Origin: Botryllus schlosseri
Lineage: Eukaryota
Direction of reading: 5' to 3'
DNA: 64,000 nt
Assembly (NCBI GenBank): GCA_051294905.1
Contig: CM119375.1
Coordinates: 3,782,001 to 3,846,000 of the forward strand
This document shows, piece after piece, positions 28,501 to 40,500 of the stretch (its first letter is position 1; each line of letters begins with the position of its first letter). A program made the position numbers and the translations under genes. Below the pieces are notes generated by a model, which saw only the letters and a list, made by a program, of their open reading frames with translations, made no database searches and had not been told where the DNA came from.

Positions 28501-31500
28501 ACTTTTCGATACGGCCAGCTTGGCGCCATTTTTAAACCACGAGACTTCCACGTCCGAATGAGACAATTCGATGTCGAAGCGAACTTCGTCACGTTCGATG
28601 ACTCTCTTCTCTTCTACTTCTCTCAAAAATTTGATAGGACGAGCTGTGGTAGGAGACAATGTTTTAGGCAACATTCATGAACAGCTATGTCAATTAATAC
28701 ACGGAGTACAAATAAGAGAAACAATGCAGCGTGTACAATAAAGGCCGTTGGATTGTGACACAAATATGGTTAACAATGATTAAATTAGCAACTCAGTACT
28801 ATGGTTAAATCAGATCACAGCCAATGCTAATTGGAATCCAATGTGTGTTTGAATCGTATAACTACCGTATACAAAAAGGAATTCAATGAATGAATTCAAA
28901 GTGAGGACATAATCAAACTGAAAATAAAAACAACAACGGAGAGATAGAATAAATCTTAAATCATTTCTGACCTAACCAAGATTACAGCAAAAATCTGCAC
29001 ATAAATCGGACTTAGTAGAAATTTCACCGGTGTTGGGCCATCCATATTATCTCCAGCTACCCACATCATTTCCAGTATTGGGTAATAGTGTTTTTCATTG
29101 AAAAGTCTTTGATCTATCTTGATACATGTACTATTACATACATATATACGGACTCCAACCAAAGTTGACTTTGCAGGTTTTGTAATGCCTTCATAAATTG
29201 ATGCAATAAGGAAATGTGTGATTATAGTAGCCTATTATATGCCAAATAATTATGGTAATGGTCCGTCATATGACCACATTCTCATACCAAAATGTTAGGT
29301 AGCTCAAAGCTTGTATTTAATAAAATTACCTTCGACTGTCAACTTGGCCGTGGTCCTAGCATCATCAGCATCACAGGTGTATTTTTTCTCGTCTTCAAAC
29401 GTACAACATTTGATAACCAACGCTCGTTTACATCCGTCGCAGATAATATCGTATTTTTCCGACTGGTGTATTTCAAGGCGCGCTTTGTACCAACGTACGA
29501 CGGCTGTAGGTCTTGACACCACACACTCAAATGTCACATCCGATTTTTCCTCCGTCTTCATATCTTGCAATAACGTCATGAAATCGACGGGAGGCTCGAG
29601 TACATTGAGACGTGCTGTCGAGTTTGCGTTTGACGCTATGATCTTTACTTCTCCAGTGTGTTTTGGATCTGATTTCTTGATTGTTATGCGGTGTTTACGT
29701 CCGATTGATTCAATGCTGTCATGAATAAACAGATTTAATAAGCATCGCTACCTAATAGAAATAACTCCACAAATTACTACGGTACTTAACTTTAATACCC
29801 AATTTCACCTTATATCAGAGTTGACTAAAATAGGGGCACTTTTTCAGATTTGACTGCCGCGTAACCCGAGATTTAACGTCTTTTGTGGTCTTTTTGAGTA
29901 TTTTATGATAGAAAAGAGAAAAATTTGTCAAAAAAGAGGACATTTGGACAAAGAGAGGACATGTCTTCAAAAAGGAGGACAAATCCTCCTAAATGTGGGC
30001 GAATGGTAACCCTACAAATAGGAATTTTTCACACGTATCAAAACTACTTCAATTGGAGGTAAAAATACAAGTGTCTGAAAAGCAGATCAGCAAGTGTATA
30101 AACAATAGATTTGGTATTGTAGTAGTTGGTTAAAGGCGGCTACCTTCGAAATTACAAGATGTATCTTCGCGACTAACACTAAATGACTAATAACACCGCA
30201 AATGGTAGGGTTTGTGAAAATATATTCAGCTACCATGATACAGGGGTTCATTTCGCTCCTAAATGTGATTAAAACATCTCAAAAGTACTTTCAACTATTC
30301 AAAATCCAATTCGTAAAAAACAAGCTGTGTTGTTTAAGAATTGTGGAAATGGGAGAAGACTAATAACCACTTGTGTATGTACTGCAAGAGGTCAAATCAA
30401 TATATTTGAATTAATTTGTTACTGACCAGGTCAATACATTTACATAAGAAATATAAGTAATCGGTTAATGTCCACAGGTGTAGACACAAGTCTATGAACA
30501 GGTTTACTGAACACCAACGTTGGTTTGAACTCACTTGATATTATCACCAGATGTTACATGCTCATCATTGATATACCATCTAGCATTCACGTCGTTATGC
30601 GAGATTTCACACTCGAAATTGGCCGGGTGACCTTCCAAAACCTCTAAATCTCGCAACGCTTGACGTATCTTGATACTGCGACCTGCGACAAGAAAGTATA
30701 ATAACATCAACATTGAGTTTAAGCCGTCTGAGAGCCTGGATTGCTCAAACTTTCATGCCAGTAATACAGTGATACAGTCGTTGATATACAATGTTCTTTT
30801 CAATTTTCTACTAGTTGCCAGCTACTACCCAAATATCTCAATATGTATAAATTATCCAACTCTTGAAAGTCTGTTCCTCCAAGAATCTCTCTTCAGAAAG
30901 AATAATAGGGAAATGATAAACTAGGAGTAGCATCAAAGTTGAATACAGGATACCGCATAATATTTCATAAGCCAGTCACTTACCTGACACGGTCAATACA
31001 CATTTTGTGTTATCGCCTTCACATTTGCAAGAATACACATTTTCGTCGTTATACGAAACTTTTGATAGTACAAGTTTTCTCCACTTCCCCTCTGATATAA
31101 TTTCGCAATCTTCAGACGATGGCAGTTCCTCATTTCCTTTATACCAAGCAACCTAAAAATAATTGATGTGGTTAAAGTAGTCAGCATTGCTACTCAAGCA
31201 GAAATAGAAGTAGCACCGAAAAATTTCTACTCAAATACAAAACCACTACAATGTCTGTAAAGTACTAGAGTTTCAAAAAGTAGATCCAATCGAATGTTTG
31301 CATATTTACGTTTGCATATTTTTCGACGTAATCAGTACTTGGTTACTTTCAAAATTGCAATATGGATCTTCGAACGCAAAAAGGATAATGCTGAGCGCCA
31401 GGTGAGGAAGCCATGGATGCTACTAATGAGGTCTTTGGTCTGACCCGGCTGGGGATTGAACCAGCAACCTACCGGTAAAGAAGCTTAACACTCCACCATT

Positions 31501-34500
31501 ACACTATCTTGTCGGTATTGTGTTATTTTATTTAAAAAATTGTGTAAAAATAAGTAGGTTTGGGCTACGGCAAATGAATTTACAGTAGAAATGGAAGCAA
31601 TATAAAACATTACCACATCAATAAGTGGTACAAGCATGTAGAACCTATTTAGGACTCCGAAAAAGTAAAAGTACTTTGTTACTGATCAGCTCTGCTATTA
31701 ACTCAATGTGAGTAGCAGGGATGTAATGACTCGAGTCATGACTCGACTCGAGTCAGACTCAAGTCGAGATTTTTCGGTGACTCGAGTTGACTCGGGTCAT
31801 TTTCTTAAAAATGGAAAATGACTCGACTCGACTGGAGTCAATTTCTGTATCGACTCGACTTGTACTCGAGTCGTTGCGAATGACTCAGACCAAGTCATGT
31901 GACTCGAGACTGGGTCTATACCAACACAGGCATTTCATTGTAATTTCGAAGAATGGTAAAGTTATCACACTATTATTATTTCGTCTATCAGTACTTGTAC
32001 TTGAAAACGCTACCAGAAACTGTTAAAACTGAGGAAAATTAATATATTATGAATGCAAAGCATTCGATATCACCGAGGAGAGCTGTAAAAAGTGAGTTTT
32101 ACATGACATCAACTTGGAACTGAACGCTAACAGTCAACGCAATGACTTGGACTCGGACTCGAGTCAAAACTATAAAAGTGGGATTGACCTGTGACTCGGA
32201 ACCTTGCGACTTGGTTACAACCCTGGTGAGTAGTGTGACTACAGGAGGCGCTATTATTGCGTTCATTGCAGATGGTAGCGAGAAAACAGCATTCACATTC
32301 ACAATAACGACAAACGTATGTATTAACAACAATGAAAGAGTGACAACGGACAACTTTGCAGCATGTAAATGTAAGTCTGAAAATTCATGCAACACAAACC
32401 TTTCCGTGACTCTTGCTGACTTCGCACTCAAGCTCAACAGTTTGCAATTCCAATACATTAACATCTTCCAGCTTTTTGATGAACACAACAGGAGCGTCTT
32501 TCACCGTAAGCTGCGCGGTCGTCTTGAGTTCGGCTGCCACAAACGCGAATTCAGCGGCTTCATCCGGCGTCACGTCTGATAGGATGAGAATATGCTTTGT
32601 ATCTTCGGCACGGATCTTAACAGAATCGCTTCTGGATATCTTGACTCCGTTGCGATACCATGAGCCTAAAAATGGCAGAAACAACATATTCTTATAGCAG
32701 TGAATACATATTTTTTTCTTCACCGCTGATTAGAATGCGAAAGTGCATGTAAAAGTGTATTTCTGAGTACTAAAGATGGACTCCATTATATTCAGGTTGA
32801 TTTGTTGCTATACAAACATATTTACATCGGAGTTGCATCATGAGATGCAAAATTTATGGCACAATACTGACTGATAGAGTCTCATCCAAAAATATTTAGG
32901 TTTATCTCAGTACGAACAATGAACATGAACGTACTATTCAATTGCATATTGAAATTTGTACCTCCAAGAAACTCTTTGACTGACAGAAATTAGGAGCGTG
33001 CCTTTCCAAAATACTTTTTAATTCTACTTGAGTACTTATGAAGCTGAATCTAAAATCAGTACTTAGTACTTTAGTACATTCCAACTTGTATTGAATTTTG
33101 CAGCACTGCTTTTAACTGATTAGGATTATTGACTCATAAAAGCTGAGTTGGAAATTAGTACTTCCAATAAAACTTGTACTGAATTATGCAGAGCTGCTTT
33201 AAACTAATAAGCGTCATTGACTACTAAGAAACTTCCACATTTCTGGATTACATACACAAAGGTGTATGATCTACTAAGCATTGAAATTCTCACCTCGAAC
33301 ATTCGGAACGTTCAATTCACATTCTAGCATAACGGTGTCCCCTTCCGCGGCATTCACATTGATGAGGCGTTTCGTAAAGGCAATTGGAATATTCTGCACC
33401 GTCAAAGTTGCTTTCCCCTGATAAAACAATGGTTTAAATTACAAAGTTAAGTTAGATGCTAATGTCAATGCTACCTTAAGATTTTCCGCTACGATCGATA
33501 TCTCTGAGTTATCATCCAGCGTTACGTCATTGAATTGAATTTTATGTTCACAGCCATTTGATTTGATGTCGACGGCACTCGATTGGAGTAATTTCACCCC
33601 ATTTTTGTACCACACAACTTTGACGTTTTCATGTGATAGTATACAAGCAAAGCACGCATTGTCTCCTTCCATTACAGAAACATCCTTCAGAGGTGTCGCG
33701 AATTCAATGTTACGGGCTGTAAGAAAATGAAACGATACTTCAACAATATTACATATACCAAACGAAGTATACAGACACTTTTTATATACTAGAAATCTAT
33801 GTACGATAGTTATCTGACTATGATTTTGGTGAGCTATATTTCAGCATATTACACAGTAAAGTGTAATTTTCTTTCCAGGCAGTCAACAAACAGATGTTCT
33901 AAGCTCACCAGCAATAGACATTGAAGCAACTGTCTTCACTTTTCCTGCAATACACGAATACTCGCTTTCATCCTCGTGGGTGGAATGTTTTACGATCAAA
34001 CGATGTATATTTCCTTCTCGAGAAATTTCAAACTTTCCGTTGCTCGTGATTACGGCGCCTTTTCCCCTGAAAGTGTGAATTAAAATATTATTGGAGTGAG
34101 CAATTCATAAGTATTCAGTAAGTGAAATGAATAATCTTCATTTCGTCATTTCGTCTTCATTTCAACTCAAAGCACATTTGGAAAAAATTATTAAATATAC
34201 AACTGAGAAGGGGTTCCTAATTCTAATCACATTCTGATCATACATTATGGGGTATTGAAATGCTATGGCATTCATAGAAAAGGAGTAATATATATTACGA
34301 TAACTATATGCAAGTGAACACACTCACTTAATCCATTTCACTTCCTCATTCTCGTCAGCCACCTCGCATTCGAAAACAGCATTGCCGAATTCCACGACCG
34401 ACGCATCCTCCAAATGCTTTAAAAACTTTGTGTTATCCCTAAATTGTCGTGATAATATGTCAAGACTTGTTGAGATATATGTGGCATACAATAAATATAC

Positions 34501-37500
34501 TATCAACTACTCACGTGACTTTTGTAACGGAATCAAATCCCTCAAAAACTTCTGTTGAAGTGAACATTTGTTCTGTCAATGTACCCGCTGTCGATTCAAT
34601 CCGTCTTTGCCCGACAGTGGAGCTTGCTAGCATTCTATGCGATTTAACTGCACTCGTCGAAGAAACCTTTTCCATTTCAATGTCTTGCACTGTCGCTTGT
34701 TCGTGACTGGCTTGAATCACCGATGTTGAAGTAGTTGTAGACAACACAGCTGCATGATGCAAATATCCAGTCTGATCAGTTATCTCTGCTGCTGCAATGG
34801 CTTGATAACTGAAAAAAATAAAATTGTATTGTCATTTATAACAAAAATAAATATTCCTTGATCATTTCTTTGATTATGACAGTATTCAACTTACCGAATA
34901 TTCCTATGTTAAAACATTCACAGACTGAATGAGGCTATCGACAAACAAGACAGGATAATACTGTAGAGTGTACATCATTACAATCGTAATTGAGATACGG
35001 ATAAATATTGCTCTGAAATACTCATTATTTATTACAACAACCCTTTTCTTGCCTGAGTAACTCAGAAGAATAAGTGAGAAAATTTGAATGTTCCATTGAT
35101 TACCTTTCAGATAAATTTTCTGTTTCAGCTTCTTGCAAAGCAACAGTAACTTCTTGTCGCGGATAGGCTATATCTTTATAACCGTGCTTCATCGAAGTGC
35201 CTGTCTTTGTTGCATCTCCTCCATCCTCTGATGATGTTTAGTGAGTGTGGAAAATGATATGAATGGAAGATGGGCATGGGAATACAAATATCATGAGTAA
35301 GATATGAGTACATGAGATGAAACTTGTGACTTGTGAATACGCAATGATCGAAAATATACTCAAGATGTAGCGGTAAAAATGAATTGCGATAATCGGGATT
35401 AAAATGGCCATGAAACACATACCCGGCTTAACTTTTAGCACAGCTTCATCAGCTGCTATATCATCAAAACGGACGCTATAGCTGGCAGCATCATCCAATC
35501 CACAATCCTTTGGAAACATAAAGTCGTAACTCAGTATAGAGATTTAAATCATTGATTTGAAGTAACCTTTATAGTCAAATAAAACTTTTTTTCATCCTGT
35601 TTGGTTTCATATTTATCTCCGTCAATATTGACTTTGGTTCCATTTTTGTACCAGACAGGCTCTGAAACATTTTCCGATGACGTTTCAACCACAAACGTTG
35701 CTGGTTCTCTGACCGATGTTTCGATGGGCCGCAGTTTGCAAGTAATGGCCATCAGAGTCACTGTGAACAAATGTGCAGTGAAGGTTAAGCAATGTGCTGG
35801 TCTCAATAACTGATAGCAACTGTGTGATATGACATTAACGTACCTCTGCATTTGCTGATAACATCTGGGTTGGGTCTTGCTTGGCAGCTGAATTCTCCGA
35901 TATCATCTTTTTCCATTCCGGTAATAATCAATTTATGTATCTTTCCGTCAACAACCGGTCGATACTTTGCAGTCAGATAGATTTTGTCAGACTTTTTGAA
36001 CCACGTCACGGGCACGTTCGGGTGTGAAAGCTCGCATAACAATATGGCTTCGTCTCCAATCTGGATTATGTTCAATCGAAGAAACAGGATCGAGAATTAT
36101 TTTATTGAAGCAAATATTTTGATCAAACTTATATTTTTACTATTTTCCAAGTATTATAGAGTTTTTATTTTTAATTCAACCAAACTACAAAACAAACAGA
36201 AAGCATCAATGATGATACAGAAAAATAATGCAAACACAGTATTCGCTATCGAGTAAGACTGATTGATACAACCCTTACAGGCCAGCACGTCCTATCACAC
36301 CATCATAAAAACAAGTACACTGTCTCTACATGATACAGTTGTGAAGGTGTTATCAAAAGACGGAATATCAAGAAATAGTAGCAAAGATATGAAATTGGAA
36401 TAGCTAATAGGGTAACAGTGTTAGTAAATCCTTTATAAATGCATCATACTGCATTTCTTGGATTGTTGTGGTAATTAATTCTAAACGATAGATCCTATAT
36501 GGTGCACATATAAAAATCCACGAACCGCTGGTTTTATCCAAGCTAGATCTAAATTTTATTAGACTACTGTCGTTTATTTGGAAACATCCAATTCATGCCA
36601 TTCATGTTATGATTGTCTAAATGTCTATCGTATACGATGGATCTCTCGGCTACATTACTGGGTATATTATGAAGCACTAATTAACACCTTACCTTCAATG
36701 CCACATCCATCAGTTCATTTGTGAAATGCAAACCCTCAATGGGTTTGAGGTCGATCATCTCGGATTGATCTTCGTCCTCTACCGATATATGCCGAATCTT
36801 TTTCTCAAGACGCTTAATCTCCTCTTCATCCTCAGCAGCTGAAACAATATAAGTCATTCTGCTCATCTGCATGAAACAATATTCACAAACGTTTGCTTAA
36901 TATTTACTAACCAGGAAAATTGAGTGGCTACCATATCGGTTTATCATTAGAAATTGATCATTCTCATCATTGTAAAATCGTATTAGGAACTCACGAATGA
37001 CTGTTAGCTTTCCGGACGTCTTGCTACCGTTATCCAGAGTGCAAGAGTATTCGATCTCATCTTCTGCTTTGCAGTCAAGCACTAGAAGACGTCTCATCTT
37101 TTTCATTACAAGTATCTTATATTTCTTATTCTGTCAAAAGCATTCAGCAATATGATAGACACAATTCTATTAATGAGTCATAGTGATGGATACCTTCTGT
37201 GTAATTTCAGTCTCTCCTGCAAACCATTTGACTTTGACATCGTCATTGTTAACAGTGCATTCAAAGGTGGCTGTTTTTCCTTCAATGGCTTCTTGGTCAG
37301 ATATTGGAGACAAAAATTCCAAACCTTGACATTGGATTAATTGAATCATACATAAGGCTATTCAACAATTACACACAATACAAATACCAATGAATTCATG
37401 ACACACAATTTCAAAAGTGCCATCTGCTATTGGATATTGTCTTAAAGAGGTATGCTTTCTCAATCGAATGAAAAGACAAAACTAATAACATTTAGGCTTG

Positions 37501-40500
37501 CAGCTTACGAGTACATGTGTATATTTTTTTCAATATCAAGTTATTAGCAGGATTGTAATGACTCGAGTCCAACTTGAGTCACGATTTTCTGATGACTCAA
37601 CTCGACTAGAGTCATTGTCTCAAAATACGGAAATGACTCGACTCGAGTCAATACACAGATTGTGCATGACTTGAACCAAGTTATATGACTCTAGACTCAG
37701 ACGGCCAAGACCAACATTTCATTGTAATTTCAAACAATAGTAAAGTAACCACACTATTGGGATTAGGTCTATTGGTCCAGGTACTTGAAAATGCGACCAG
37801 AAACTGCTAAAGGTGGGGAAAACTAGTATATTATATATGCGAACCATTCGATATCAAAAAACAGAGTTATATAAATTGGATTTACCAGAATTTAACTGAG
37901 AACTGATCAGTCAACATAATGACAGGGACTCGGACTCAAGTCATAATACCATGACTTGAACTCGACCCTCTGCTCGGACTTGACTCGGTGGTGAATTGAA
38001 ATTGACTCAATTTGACTCAAGTCAAAACTATAAATGTGAGTTGACTTGTGACTCAGAGCCTTGTGACTTGGTTACAACCCTGGTTATTAGTATACGGTAT
38101 CAATTGTAAAGATATTTTGAATAGTAACGTCGTGTATTTAGGGCCAGCCAGCCAGGAAAATTGATATTGGTCCAACTTTGAATTTTCATAAAGGCATGCA
38201 TTTAAGTGGTGTGTCGGTGTTTAGTTCTAAACTTACTTTTATCTGGAAAAATAACTCTTGTAAGCGTCTCAGTGTCGTCGTCGTTATCGACAATTTTGCA
38301 CTTATAAATGACACCGTTATCTTTGTCTCGGTTCGTGGCTGGTATGGTGAGCTTTCTCTTTCGGCCAGCGCTCGAGATTTTATAATTTCTCCCATGCTTC
38401 AATTTCTCGTCACCACGATACCATTCCAATCGAGCACGTTCTAACGAAGTTTCGCACTCTAATGTGAGAGCATCCCCGTCCTCTGCAGCAATCTCTTCCG
38501 GCAGTGGAGTTGTGAAGACGATAGCTAGAGTGATTCAGATGAATTCAATGATATCATGATAATTCTGATGCAGCTGAGTTCCCAAGGATCATTCTCGGCC
38601 AATGATTTTCTATTTATATTCGACATAATCTGATTGGGGGTGAATTAGGTTATACCATGTTTATATTATAGTGAATACCAATCAGGGATATATAGAACTC
38701 CGGGATGGCTGACTGCGTCAATTGCGTCATCGCGGTATTACCTAAGTGGGTCCAGATTCGCGCATTCAGTTTTGATTCACGTTACGGTCAGCCGCTTCAT
38801 CTGTGTGTAATTTTAAGTTTTTGAGAGCGGTAGAGGCATATAATATCCATGTTTATGTTATTATATAAAGCTAGAGGTTAACTAGGTTATGAGATGTTCA
38901 GGTAGTCTGAAACTTTGCGGTATTAGCCCTATTCCTTCAGCAGCAATTTACCGGTATACCGGTAAGGCCATTTACTCGCCTTCGGAATATCTCTGCTTCT
39001 GTAGTATCTCATGTAACATGATTTGCTGCGCTGATAATCGTGAGAAGATAACAAAATGTAGAATAATTTCCAACGTTAACATTGATATCCGCAGTACGAT
39101 TTTGATTACGCCTTGCGGTATGTTTTTCATTTACCGGCATGTTATGCGAATGTATGTCACTATCCAAGGCTGTACATTGCACAAGTACAAGTGTACATTT
39201 ACACTGTGCCGTGTCAACTATGAAGGCGACCGTTAGGAGGGACTTTGTCAGTTAAGATCTTGTACTATAGATTAATATGTGAATATGCAGGTATAGTGCT
39301 GGCTGCTGGTATTGCAGGCTTACCGGTATTCCAGATCATGGCTGGATTATTCCTAGTAAGAATTGGAGCCACTGAGTACACCACCGGTGTGCAAGATTCA
39401 AGAGGAATTTCAATTGAGAATAACCAAACATTTGAATCTAATACAAACACAACACAACGCGTCAAGGTCTTTGCAGTTGTGTAAGTGTCCATAGCAACTG
39501 TTGAATCCAATCTCTTGTTACAGATACTATTCATCAGTAACATGTCTGGTAAAACAAGGCAGGCATATGTTTGTTAATGAGCGGCACCTCAATGCTACAG
39601 TACTGGAATTATACTTCAACAGAAGTGCACTGTTGTGAACTACCAATGGCTGACTCCCAGTATATGGCCACAACATTTGTTGACCATTTGCTCTTACTGA
39701 GGCCATGAAGATGCCCACTCCCTTGAATGGATAAGCCAACACAATCGTCAGAACAAGAGACGACCCTGAGATACGGCCTGTCTTTACCATATAAACACTT
39801 ATAGCCTATAGGCTATAGGCCTGTACGATGGAGGAAGAGAAAACTCTGAAGATTGCTTTCAATTTGCAAGGTTTAGTCAAATCGTTGCAATAACGCATGG
39901 ACCTCTCCTCAGTCGGCCCAAGGTAAGTTTGGCTGATTCTAGTGATACGTTATTACATGAGCGATTTACATTAATCTTGATGTGGTTAAAGTAGTCTGCA
40001 TTGCTACTCAAGTAACAGTCGTATTCCCGAGCGTACTGGTATTTAAACTTCCTTAAGTAGCTGTAAAGTGAAATGCCTGCAAGGTACTCAAGTTTGGAGA
40101 TGGCTGTTTCCGAATTACAAGATGTATCTTCGAAAATAGGCAACAACTACTTGAGTACTGCAATGAAGTAGAAGTTCTTCACTACTGACCAACTCTGCAT
40201 ACATCTATATATATTCTTAAGGTTAATTTGTGTCTCTAAATACATCATTTGTTTATTTTTGTTGCAGATTCCGGAAAAACAAACGCGATGTTCCAGCATT
40301 TGCATCACGTCAACAGTGGATATCCTGATATATTATACTGGGCACATTCCATTGAAATCTTGGCAAAGATGGCCACGATTTGAATATTTGGATCTCGTGC
40401 CTCCTCACCGAGATGATTTTTTTACATGGAATCATCTATCGCTCTATCGGAAAATCTGCAAGACAATGATACTGAATATTTCTCAACTGATAAATGGCAT

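Noticed and set aside
31381-31515. Functional tRNA gene
   Set aside because: A and B boxes are present but the sequence continues into a SINE-type body and no full cloverleaf can be drawn.
20169-32697. Plus-strand ORFs over Ig exons (20169..20612, 23001..23330, 29311..29724, 32413..32697 and others)
   Set aside because: They coincide with minus-strand exons and end at their borders.
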